Below, piece by piece: positions 7,385 to 15,518 of a stretch of DNA of 32,000 nt (its first letter is position 1; every line of letters starts with the position of its first letter). The position numbers and the translations under genes were made by a program. Under the pieces are notes generated by a model. It was given only the letters and a program-made list of their open reading frames with translations. It had not been told where the DNA came from and made no database searches. Source of the DNA: Chitinimonas arctica (GTDB taxonomy: Bacteria; Pseudomonadota; Gammaproteobacteria; Burkholderiales; Chitinimonadaceae); assembly GCF_007431345.1 (NCBI RefSeq), contig NZ_CP041730.1, forward strand, positions 1,061,715 to 1,093,714, given 5' to 3'.

Positions 7385-8851
7385 TCACCGAGTTAAGTAA
7401 TTACTAATAAGCTCCACTACACGCTCTTGCTGATCGGCAGACATATTCGAACCGGATGGCAAGCAGATACCACGGTTAAACAACGCCGCACACACCGATG
7501 ATTCAAAATGATCGAATGAAGGACAGCTTGCAAAGATCGGCTGCATATGCATGGGTTTCCACAGCGGCCGGGCCTCGATGCTGTCTGCCGCCAGGCGCCT
7601 GATCAGGTCCGTACTGGATACCGTCGCATCTTCACTCAAGGTACAGGCAGTCAACCAATGCGTGGAGCGACTCCACTCCGGCTCCGGCATCCATTTCAGC
7701 AAGGGAAGATGCGCCAATTTCTCCTTATAGACTTGAAAGACATTACGCCTGGCCTCGACCCTTTCATCCAATACACGTATCTGACCACGCCCCACCCCGG
7801 CCAATATATTGCTCATGCGATAGTTATAGCCAATTTCGGTATGTTCATAATGCGGTGCCGCATCGCGAGCCTGGGTTGCCAAGAAGCGTGCTTTCTTGAT
7901 CAAATCCTCATTTTCCGACACCAGCATGCCCCCACCCGAGGTGGTAATGATCTTATTGCCATTAAAAGAATAAATACCCATCACACCGAAGGTACCGCTC
8001 CATTTACCCTTATATTTCGCACCTAAGGACTCGGCAGCATCCTCCACCATGGGCACGCCGTATTTTTGACATAGATCCATAATGGGATCCATATCCGCAC
8101 TTTGCCCATATAAGTTGACTACAATTACCGCCTTGGGCAATTTTCCTTCCCGCTTTGCCCAGACAAAAGCCTTTTCCAAAGCAATAGGCGACATATTCCA
8201 GCTTTGCGGCTCGGAATCGATAAATACCGGCTGCGCGCCCTGATAAATAATCGGATTTGCACTTGCGACAAATGTCAGCGAGGAACAAAACACCCAATCG
8301 CCTTTGCCAACACCTAATATACGCAAGGCCAAATGGATGGCGGCGGTTCCCGAACTCAACGCTGCCGCATGGGAAATACCAACATACTCTGCCAACTCCT
8401 TCTCGAAAGCATCTACATTGGGCCCCAGCGGGGCGATCCAATTGGTCCGAAATGCTTGATCGACGAACTCCCGCTCCCACGAACCCAGATGCGGTGTCGA
8501 CAACAATATCTGCTCGTCGAGATCTCGCCGTTCGATTACCTTGATGACGCATCCTGCCTCATCCAGTACCGGTAGATGATTGATCATATGTTGATTCATC
8601 AATGCCAGGGCGACTTCGCGCGTGATGCCTTCCTGCACGACGATGGACTCGATACGAGGTAGCCCCATCAAGTTGTCCTGCAGTTGCACCCCATCGAGCA
8701 ATAGGCGCCGGATATCGCCATCCGTGATCGTGCGCTCGAAAACCCTTTGCTCATTCTGCAGCAGCAGGATGCCGGATGCCTGTACGTCCAGGATAGCCAG
8801 CGCATCAAAAAGTGTAGTGGACCGACCGACGCTGATTTCAGCAATATTCAT
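7385..8851 (-). CDS. CBS-pair domain fused to a DegT/DnrJ/EryC1 (PglE/LegC-type) PLP-dependent sugar aminotransferase
   Basis: The N-terminal ~120 aa are CBS-like (ITDGDIRRLLLDG..., HLPVLDEAGCVIKVIERRDL). A DegT-type fold follows (LSSGTAAIHLALR, FNGNKIITTSGGGMLV). I prefer the ATG at 8851 (MNIAEISV), 1 nt after the upstream TAA at 8853-8855. The ORF-track start at 8890 would overlap the upstream gene by 38 nt. Confidence 0.85.
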   Translation of the reverse strand: MNIAEISVGRSTTLFDALAILDVQASGILLLQNEQRVFERTITDGDIRRLLLDGVQLQDNLMGLPRIESIVVQEGITREVALALMNQHMINHLPVLDEAGCVIKVIERRDLDEQILLSTPHLGSWEREFVDQAFRTNWIAPLGPNVDAFEKELAEYVGISHAAALSSGTAAIHLALRILGVGKGDWVFCSSLTFVASANPIIYQGAQPVFIDSEPQSWNMSPIALEKAFVWAKREGKLPKAVIVVNLYGQSADMDPIMDLCQKYGVPMVEDAAESLGAKYKGKWSGTFGVMGIYSFNGNKIITTSGGGMLVSENEDLIKKARFLATQARDAAPHYEHTEIGYNYRMSNILAGVGRGQIRVLDERVEARRNVFQVYKEKLAHLPLLKWMPEPEWSRSTHWLTACTLSEDATVSSTDLIRRLAADSIEARPLWKPMHMQPIFASCPSFDHFESSVCAALFNRGICLPSGSNMSADQQERVVELISNYLTR

Positions 8852-8852
8852 T

Positions 8853-9488
8853 TTAGTTTTCCCGAACACATCGAGCCGGCGTACCCACATAGGTCCGCCC
8901 CGCTATTAAATCGTTTAACACCACCGCGCCTGCACCGACAATGCAGCCGTCTCCAATTTTTACACCGGGTAAAACATTCGCACCTGCGCCGATTAAAACC
9001 CGCTCCCCAAGCGTCACGCCGCCCGCCAAGGTAGCATTCGGTGCGATATGCGAAAAAGCGCCTATCCGGCAATCATGATCCACAACGGCGCCGTGGTTGA
9101 TAATGCAGGCAAGTCCAATATCGGCATCCGGCGCCAGGATTGCGCCGGCGGCGACAAAGGAACCTCCGCCCACTTTCGCTGAATTTGCCACAATCGCACG
9201 CGGATGGACCAGGGAATGACTTTCCATACCCGCCTCTTGGCAAAGACCATTGAGTTGGGCACGTGCTTGGTTATTCCCTATCGCGACGTGGAAACGTCCG
9301 CCTTTTGCCAATGCAAGTGCTATCGGCGCGATGATTGCCAGTCCCATTAAACGCGTGCCGGCCAGCGCAAGATTATCGTCGGCAAGCCGCAGGGAATAAC
9401 GATGCGAATCAGCCTGTAGCTTGGCTACATCCATCACCACTTTGGCATGGCCACCGCCACCCACGATCAGCAGGGAATCAGTATGCAT
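8853..9488 (-). CDS. NeuD/PglD-family hexapeptide-repeat sugar N-acetyltransferase
   Basis: LLIVGGGGHAKVVMDVA Rossmann-like N-domain, then left-handed beta-helix repeats (IGAFSHIAPNATLAGGVTLGERVLIGAGANVLPGVKIGDGCIVGAGAVV). Confidence 0.85.
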   Translation of the reverse strand: MHTDSLLIVGGGGHAKVVMDVAKLQADSHRYSLRLADDNLALAGTRLMGLAIIAPIALALAKGGRFHVAIGNNQARAQLNGLCQEAGMESHSLVHPRAIVANSAKVGGGSFVAAGAILAPDADIGLACIINHGAVVDHDCRIGAFSHIAPNATLAGGVTLGERVLIGAGANVLPGVKIGDGCIVGAGAVVLNDLIAGRTYVGTPARCVREN

Positions 9489-10620
9489 TCGCCTTCCTCA
9501 ATACTGCCGGGGAAATATCCAATGCAGACAGCAACTCGGCCATCCTGCCTGCAGCCCCGCCGGCATCGTAAACATTACGGGGAGCATAAGGCCCATGCGC
9601 CAGTATGCGGCCAAGCGCTGCTGTCATATCGCATTCCTGCGCATCGACATCGATCACGTTGCTATTGCGCTCCCGTAAATGCTGGCGGGCACCAATATTC
9701 ATGACCGGCGTACCAAAGCTGCCCGCCTCTATGATCCCGCTGCTGGAGTTGCCAACCATGACATCGCAGTGTGCCATCCAGGAGACAAATTCTTCGCGGG
9801 GAAGATGGGTAAAAATGCGGACATCGGCCCGATCTTCGTATTTCTCAAGAACCGACCGTATCTCGTCCCCACCCGCGTCGGAATTCGGCCGCAAGGCAAT
9901 GAGCTGTAAATTGTGTGCCAAACAGGCATCCAACAGTCCTTTTACTTCCAGGGAAGCTTGGTCGGACTGCTGTAACACCGGGTGATAGACCAGCAAGGCA
10001 ATCCCCCTGTCGCGGTCAAAGCCGACGCGATGGCACAAGCCAGACCGATCGAATGCTGCCAGGTCCGCCAGGCCATCCAACCCGGGCGCGCCGGTCAGAA
10101 AGACAGCCTCCGCTTGTTCGCCCATCCGTACCAGCCGCGCTTGCGCCTGTTCGGTCGCCACGAAATGGAAATGCGACAACTTGGAGATAGCATGCCGAAC
10201 CGGTTCATCCACGGTGCCGGAGCGCTCGCCGCCATGGATATGCACGATCGGGATATTCAGATGTATGGCTGCCAGCGCCCCAGCCAACATTTCGCCGCGA
10301 TCCCCCAGCAGCAACATCAGGTCGGGCTTGATGCGTGCCAGGGTGAGCACGCATTTATCAAGGGTATGCGCCATATTTCTCGCCATCGCGACGCCAGTGC
10401 CCGCCTCGTCCACCAAGGGTATGCGTTCTACTATCCTCAATCCCGCCTTTGAGATTTCATCCACCGTCATGCCGAATTTCGGCGACAAGTGCATACCGCA
10501 AGCAATGATATCCAACGACAAACCGGGCGAGGCGGCAATCGCCTGCAAGGCATTTTGCATCAATCCAAAATCGGCGCGGGTACCGCTTAGGTAACAGACA
10601 CGGCGAACCGTCGCCCTCAT
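9478..10620 (-). CDS. neuC: Hydrolysing UDP-sugar 2-epimerase, NeuC/LegG family
   Basis: RVCYLSGTRADFGLM N-terminus and HIHGGERSGTVDE motif typical of NeuC-type hydrolysing 2-epimerases. ATGA overlap with the downstream synthase gene. Confidence 0.85.
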   Translation of the reverse strand: MRATVRRVCYLSGTRADFGLMQNALQAIAASPGLSLDIIACGMHLSPKFGMTVDEISKAGLRIVERIPLVDEAGTGVAMARNMAHTLDKCVLTLARIKPDLMLLLGDRGEMLAGALAAIHLNIPIVHIHGGERSGTVDEPVRHAISKLSHFHFVATEQAQARLVRMGEQAEAVFLTGAPGLDGLADLAAFDRSGLCHRVGFDRDRGIALLVYHPVLQQSDQASLEVKGLLDACLAHNLQLIALRPNSDAGGDEIRSVLEKYEDRADVRIFTHLPREEFVSWMAHCDVMVGNSSSGIIEAGSFGTPVMNIGARQHLRERNSNVIDVDAQECDMTAALGRILAHGPYAPRNVYDAGGAAGRMAELLSALDISPAVLRKANAY

Positions 10621-11648
10621 ATGACATCACTCCATTGCAGGGTGACCCCCGGCTCGATATCGCGCGACGCTTTCCTGCCAATCAACGAGAGGATTTCCTT
10701 GGGGGCAATGCCATTACCTGGGCGCATCAAACCGATATCTTCCCGCGCCAGTATCTGGCCGGCCGAGACGCCACGCAGCAAGGTCACACTGCGGCGCACC
10801 AACTCCCGTACCGGCAATTCGCTATTGCTTGGTTCCTTGATTGCGGAGCCCAAGGCTTGCTCCACCTCGCGAACCCGCGAGATCAGATCCGCAAGCCCGG
10901 CAGGCTCGAGCGAAGCCGTATGATCGGGACCGGGCAATTCGCGATCGAGCGTAAAGTGCTTTTCAATCACCCTGGCCCCCATGGCCACCGCGGCAACCGA
11001 CACGGTCGATCCGTCGGTATGATCGGAATAGCCAACCGGTAAGCCGGTGGCCTGCGCAATGGTGACCATGGCGCGTAGATTTACATCAACCAGGGCAGCA
11101 GGATAATTCGAAGTACAGTGCAGAATCGTGAGCACTTCCTCCAGCGGTGCCATAAAGCCCAATGATGTCCGCACTGAACGAATGGTCCCCAGTGCCTCCA
11201 TGATCTCCGCCAAGGTCGCCATGCCGGTAGAAAGAATCAGTGGCACATTCTTTGCGGTCAGATGCGCGAGAAAGGGCAGATTGGTGATTTCCCCCGATGC
11301 GACCTTGATACGGCGCATACCCAACTCGATCAGGAAATCCGCCGCTTCCTCATCAAATGGCGTGGACATGAACTCAATACCAAGCGCCTTGCACTGCTCC
11401 ACCAGCTTTCGATGCAGCGAGTCGGACATTTCCAATTGTTTGAGCATGGCATGCTGATCGCCGTCACCCGTTTCGCGAGCCTGGTACTCTGCCTTGGCCG
11501 CCCCCTTCCGGACCAATTTATCCGCGGAAAAAGTTTGGAACTTGACGGCATCGGCGCCACAGTCGGCGGCAATTCGCACCAACTGCAAGGCTAGCGCCTC
11601 ATCGCCATTGTGATTGACACCCGCTTCGGCAATAAAAAATGTACTCAT
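10617..11648 (-). CDS. neuB: Nonulosonic acid synthase, NeuB/LegI family (N-acetylneuraminate synthase-like)
   Basis: FIAEAGVNHNGD motif, TIM-barrel NeuB body and a C-terminal SAF/antifreeze-like domain (GQILAREDIGLMRPGNGI). The ORF-track start at 11663 is TTG. The ATG at 11648 (MSTFFIAEAG) forms an ATGA overlap with the upstream stop and is preferred. Confidence 0.9.
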   Translation of the reverse strand: MSTFFIAEAGVNHNGDEALALQLVRIAADCGADAVKFQTFSADKLVRKGAAKAEYQARETGDGDQHAMLKQLEMSDSLHRKLVEQCKALGIEFMSTPFDEEAADFLIELGMRRIKVASGEITNLPFLAHLTAKNVPLILSTGMATLAEIMEALGTIRSVRTSLGFMAPLEEVLTILHCTSNYPAALVDVNLRAMVTIAQATGLPVGYSDHTDGSTVSVAAVAMGARVIEKHFTLDRELPGPDHTASLEPAGLADLISRVREVEQALGSAIKEPSNSELPVRELVRRSVTLLRGVSAGQILAREDIGLMRPGNGIAPKEILSLIGRKASRDIEPGVTLQWSDVI

Positions 11649-12346
11649 TTTGTCTTCATCCAATCGTCAATCAACAATTCCGCTACACGCCAATCGAACA
11701 GGGTATCTATATCGATGTTCTCGACGGCTTCGGAACAGAGAACCGAGCGGCAGCGCTTTGGGGTGAATGTGCCTTGCTCCCGTAGCGTCCGCACCTTGGT
11801 GAGATATAGCGCGCCATTGACTGCGTATGCGGGTGGATAGTCCTGCGAACGCGTGATGCCTGTGGAGTTATCCACCCACGCCTCCAGGCAACCGCTCGTG
11901 CCCTCCCTATATGCGAGATACGGATGGGTACTGGCCATGGAAACGCCGATGACGCCGTCGCAATCTTCTTCCGCAAGTAAATCGAACGCGCTTTGCCAGC
12001 GTGTTTGAAACCGAACCGGCGTGGTAGGTTGCAACAGTGCGACCGCATCGAATTCGCGTCCGACCTTGCTCAGGTAGTCCAGCAACTCCAATACCACGTC
12101 GAGGGATGCGGTCTTGTCCTGCGCCAATTCGGCCGGCCGTAATCGACTCACGTCCAGGCCTGCATGACGTCCCACTTCGGCAATTTCCGCACTATCGGTG
12201 GAAAGCTGTATGTCGCTAAACCAGGGGATGGTTTGCGCGAACGAAATCGTCCAGGCAATCAGCGGCTTATCGAATAGCGGCCGCGTATTCTTTCCGGGCA
12301 GCCGCTTCGAGCCGCCTCGCGCAGGGATAACCGCAAGAACGCGCAT
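11645..12346 (-). CDS. neuA: CMP-nonulosonic acid synthetase (acylneuraminate cytidylyltransferase family, NeuA/LegF-like)
   Basis: MRVLAVIPARGGSKRLPGKN is the canonical CTP-transferase N-terminus. The preferred start, ATG at 12346, overlaps the upstream TGA (TGATG). The longer ORF-track version (12448) would run 100 nt into hisH. Confidence 0.85.
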   Translation of the reverse strand: MRVLAVIPARGGSKRLPGKNTRPLFDKPLIAWTISFAQTIPWFSDIQLSTDSAEIAEVGRHAGLDVSRLRPAELAQDKTASLDVVLELLDYLSKVGREFDAVALLQPTTPVRFQTRWQSAFDLLAEEDCDGVIGVSMASTHPYLAYREGTSGCLEAWVDNSTGITRSQDYPPAYAVNGALYLTKVRTLREQGTFTPKRCRSVLCSEAVENIDIDTLFDWRVAELLIDDWMKTK

Positions 12347-12993
12347 CAGATTTGGATAAAACTGCGCAATATGCTCAATCCCACCTTCCCGCTGCGCTCG
12401 GGGTGGAACTGCGTCGCCATGACATTGGCCTGCTGAACCGCCGCGCATAAGCGGTGGCCACCATACAGGGTATCGGCCAGGCGAATGGAAGGATCCGACG
12501 GCACCGCAGCGTAGGAATGCACGAAATAAACCGCCGCACGTTTGGCTTCAAGTCCTTCCAATACGCCACCGCGCCAATGCTCGCACCCTTCCGCAGGGAT
12601 CAGATAGTTCCATCCGATCTGCGGCACGCGTTGCTGAATATTCTGGGTATTCCGGCTGGGTATTCCTCGTACCCTCCCTTCGAGAATGCCCAAGCCGCGA
12701 TGCTCGCCAAACTCTTCGCTACCTTCGAACAACATTTGCATGCCAACACAAATCCCCAGAAAGGGGCGCTCAGTGGCAACAAAACGGTGGATGACTTCGT
12801 CGAAACCGCGACTTGCCAACTCCGAAATACAATCGCGGAACGCCCCCACCCCCGGTACCACCAACCTTTCCGCCGCCAGGGCCAAGGACGCATCCTCGGT
12901 AATGGTGACATCGGCCCCGCAATGCTCGAAAGCACGCGCCACGTTGAGCAAATTACCCATTCCGTAATCCAGCAAGGTGATTTTGCTACACAT
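12346..12993 (-). CDS. hisH: HisH-like glutamine amidotransferase subunit of acetamidino module 1
   Basis: ITLLDYGMGNLLNVARAFE, GICVGMQMLFE (catalytic Cys) and FHPE(R)S motifs of class I GATase/HisH. It sits in a polysaccharide operon, not a his operon. Confidence 0.85.
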   Translation of the reverse strand: MCSKITLLDYGMGNLLNVARAFEHCGADVTITEDASLALAAERLVVPGVGAFRDCISELASRGFDEVIHRFVATERPFLGICVGMQMLFEGSEEFGEHRGLGILEGRVRGIPSRNTQNIQQRVPQIGWNYLIPAEGCEHWRGGVLEGLEAKRAAVYFVHSYAAVPSDPSIRLADTLYGGHRLCAAVQQANVMATQFHPERSGKVGLSILRSFIQI

Positions 12994-13759
12994 CCACCAG
13001 CTCCCTTACGAAGAGACCTGCGTCCAATGCGGTTTGTCGAATAGTCATCAAGTCCATTCGATTGTAATGAAGGACATCCGCCATCGCGATGGCATCAGCC
13101 AACCCTTCGTTCGCCGCCAAGACAAAGTCTTCCGGGCTGCCCATCCCGCCACTGGCGATAACCGGCACCGACACGGCCTGGCTTATCTGGCGTATAAGCG
13201 GAATATCGAATCCCTTGCGGGTCCCTTCCCGATCAACGGAGGTCAACAAAATCTCCCCCGCACCCAATGCCACGCCTCGAACCGCCCACTCAAGTACGTC
13301 CAGGCCGGTACGCTCTCGCCCATTGTCGGTGTAGACCTCCCAGCGATCGGATGTCGTCTGCTTCGCTTCAATGGACAGCACCATGGCCTGGGAACCAAAA
13401 CGATAGGCAACCTCCGAAATCAAATCCGGCCGCGCCACGGCGGCGGTATTGATGGCCACCTTATCCGCGCCGGAACGGAGAATATGTTTCGCATCTTCAG
13501 GCGAGCGTATGCCGCCACCCACGGTAATGGGAATAAACACCCTATCAGCGGCACGACGGATGATATCGCTCAGATTGTTGCGGCCATACAAGCTGGCGAC
13601 AACATCCATGTAGACCAATTCGTCCGCACCCGCTTCGTAATATTTAAGCGCGTACTCCTGCGGATCGCCGATCACGCGCAATCCTTCGAGATGCACCCCT
13701 TTAATCAAGTTCGGTCCCTTGATATCCAGGCGAGGAATGATGCGAACGTTTCTCATCAT
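12986..13759 (-). CDS. hisF: HisF-like cyclase subunit (WbuZ/HisF2-type acetamidino modification protein), module 1
   Basis: RIIPRLDIKGPNLIKGVHLEG, GADELVYMDV, TVGGGIRS and ASGGMGSPEDF are typical of the HisF (beta/alpha)8 fold. Overlaps both neighbouring genes. Confidence 0.85.
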   Translation of the reverse strand: MMRNVRIIPRLDIKGPNLIKGVHLEGLRVIGDPQEYALKYYEAGADELVYMDVVASLYGRNNLSDIIRRAADRVFIPITVGGGIRSPEDAKHILRSGADKVAINTAAVARPDLISEVAYRFGSQAMVLSIEAKQTTSDRWEVYTDNGRERTGLDVLEWAVRGVALGAGEILLTSVDREGTRKGFDIPLIRQISQAVSVPVIASGGMGSPEDFVLAANEGLADAIAMADVLHYNRMDLMTIRQTALDAGLFVRELVDV

Positions 13760-14937
13760 TTTTCTTTGTCGGTTAAATGGTTCTCATGCCAGGCAGCATG
13801 CCGGAGGATCCACTCATCCCCCTCTTTTTTCCATAGATGATCGGAACGCCAGCTGTCAATCACCTCCTCGAATTGTTCCTGCCCGATTGAGCAATACTCC
13901 AGAAACTCCTGCAAATGACGCTTTGGAAATTCGCCGTCGTAGCGTCTTACCAACGCCACCGCTTCCTCGCGGGTTATCTTACCGTCGCGCACTTCATGCG
14001 CCGCATCCGACGTCGTACGACCGATACCGAACTTGATATACCCCAGGTAATAATGAAAGCCGTCGATCCGATCATCCAGGCTGGCATATTTCGAATAGGT
14101 CCCTTCCGAACGCTCCGTATTCGGCGAAAAACCGGTGTGCTCACGGCAATAATAGTAATTTTCCTGGGGGTCCCAAAATTTGTAATAGCCCAGAAAATGG
14201 ATTTCGGTCTTGTTATTCTTTATTTCATCGAACTTTGGCGCCATAAATGGCTTCAAATCCGACAAGGTCAGACCATGCTCCAGCCAGAACTCCGGCGGCA
14301 ATCCAGAAAAATAATGCGTATCGTGATCCTGAATTTCCCTATCCGGACGATGCGCATTCTTCATATCGCCGCCATACTCGACCTCGCCGTTCTCCCCATA
14401 CATGATCAGTGACACATTATGCTTGATGGCCATGCTAAGCGGAAAGTTGGTCTGCCCATAGATAAATGGCTGAAATGGATCGCCAAGATGGGCGAAGGAG
14501 AGTTGCGTCAACTTCCTGGTCACCACGCCATTAGGCGTGCCGAGCACATTATCAAAGCCGGCGCGAATAAAAGCGTCCAGGTTACGGCGACCGATTTCAG
14601 TTGCCCATAGTGGCGCCCATGTCACCGTCAATGGATTCATGCCATATTTGTATTTAAGCTGATGGGCGACAAAACTACCATCCTTCCCTCCGCTGCAAGG
14701 AACGATTACGTCATATTCCCCATTGCCTTTACGGTGTTTGTCGCACAATGCAAGCAATTCCCGTTCTCGCTCCGTCCAATCGATTTTATTGCGCTTGTAC
14801 TCTGCAAAATTGCAAGCCGAGCAAACACCCTTTTCATCGAAAGTGATCCGGGGACGTTGATTCGAAATCGTACATTTCCTGCAGTAACGAACTTCGCTCG
14901 GAAGCTTGTACTTGGCAATCACGTCAACTTTCTGCAC
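13756..14937 (-). CDS. N-acetyl sugar amidotransferase (PP-loop ATP pyrophosphatase; WbuX/WbpG/PseA family), module 1
   Basis: CRKCTISNQRPRITFDEKGVCSACNF zinc-ribbon-like N-terminus and a PCSGGKDGS PP-loop. GTG start at 14937 with a GGAG 7 nt upstream. Confidence 0.85.
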   Translation of the reverse strand: MQKVDVIAKYKLPSEVRYCRKCTISNQRPRITFDEKGVCSACNFAEYKRNKIDWTERERELLALCDKHRKGNGEYDVIVPCSGGKDGSFVAHQLKYKYGMNPLTVTWAPLWATEIGRRNLDAFIRAGFDNVLGTPNGVVTRKLTQLSFAHLGDPFQPFIYGQTNFPLSMAIKHNVSLIMYGENGEVEYGGDMKNAHRPDREIQDHDTHYFSGLPPEFWLEHGLTLSDLKPFMAPKFDEIKNNKTEIHFLGYYKFWDPQENYYYCREHTGFSPNTERSEGTYSKYASLDDRIDGFHYYLGYIKFGIGRTTSDAAHEVRDGKITREEAVALVRRYDGEFPKRHLQEFLEYCSIGQEQFEEVIDSWRSDHLWKKEGDEWILRHAAWHENHLTDKEK

Positions 14938-14954
14938 AAAGCGCTCCTATAGGC

Positions 14955-15518
14955 CTAATGAGAAACGCCATCGCGTTTCATGACTTTGATAAAAGTACGC
15001 CACAATACCAACAAATCGAACACCAGCGACCTTCTATGTAGGTACTCGGTATCCAATTTGACCTTTTCTGGTATGGACAGCTCATCCCTTCCATTGATCT
15101 GAGCCCAGCCCGTGAGCCCGGGAATAAGCGTATGCACTCCCTCCCTGGTACGTAGTTCTATCAAATCATACTGATTATAAAGCGCCGGTCGCGGTCCAAC
15201 GAAGCTCATATCGCCCCGCAGTATGCACCAAAGTTGCGGCAATTCATCCAAACTGCTTTTGCGCAAAAAACCTCCTATAGGCGTGAGATAAGCCCCAGGA
15301 TCCTCCATAAGATGCGTAGCCACGACAGGCGCATCCTGCCGCATGCTACGGAATTTTGGCATTTTGAAAATAGTATTATTATGCCCCACCCTGTCCGACC
15401 AATAAACCAGCGGGCCTTTAGAGGTCAGTTTTATCGCGATCGCCACCAATATTGCCGGCGCAAATAAAATTATCGCGGCAACGATGGACAACAATATATC
15501 AATGGTTCTTTTTATCAA
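14955..15518 (-). CDS. Small monotopic phosphoglycosyl transferase (PglC-type bacterial sugar transferase), initiating enzyme
   Basis: Single N-terminal re-entrant helix (ILLSIVAAIILFAPAILVAIAI), then KMPKFRSM, GPRPALYNQYDL, PGLTGWAQINGR. TTG start at 15518 overlaps the upstream TGA (TTGA). There is no in-frame ATG before residue 53. Confidence 0.85.
   Translation of the reverse strand: MIKRTIDILLSIVAAIILFAPAILVAIAIKLTSKGPLVYWSDRVGHNNTIFKMPKFRSMRQDAPVVATHLMEDPGAYLTPIGGFLRKSSLDELPQLWCILRGDMSFVGPRPALYNQYDLIELRTREGVHTLIPGLTGWAQINGRDELSIPEKVKLDTEYLHRRSLVFDLLVLWRTFIKVMKRDGVSH

Noticed and set aside
9478-12346. neuC-neuB-neuA as a sialic acid (Neu5Ac) capsule cluster
   Set aside because: They are immediately preceded in the same operon by a PglF-type dehydratase, a PglE/LegC-type aminotransferase and a PglD-type acetyltransferase. 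This fits a 5,7-diamino nonulosonate (legionaminic-type) route better. It cannot be fully excluded without phylogeny or chemistry.
12346-13759. hisH/hisF (and the second pair at 19044-20434) as histidine-biosynthesis genes
   Set aside because: No hisA/B/C/D/G/I neighbours are present. Both pairs are overlapped with PP-loop N-acetyl sugar amidotransferase genes inside a polysaccharide operon, which is the known WbuXYZ/WbpG-HisH2F2 acetamidino context.
12977-13840. Long plus-strand ORFs antisense to locus genes (12977-13840, 24833-25516, 5690-6451, 9982-10452 and similar)
   Set aside because: Each lies fully inside a minus-strand gene with clear family motifs (HisF, WbpB-like, PglF-like, NeuC). 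Their translations are Arg/His/Pro-rich with no recognisable motifs.
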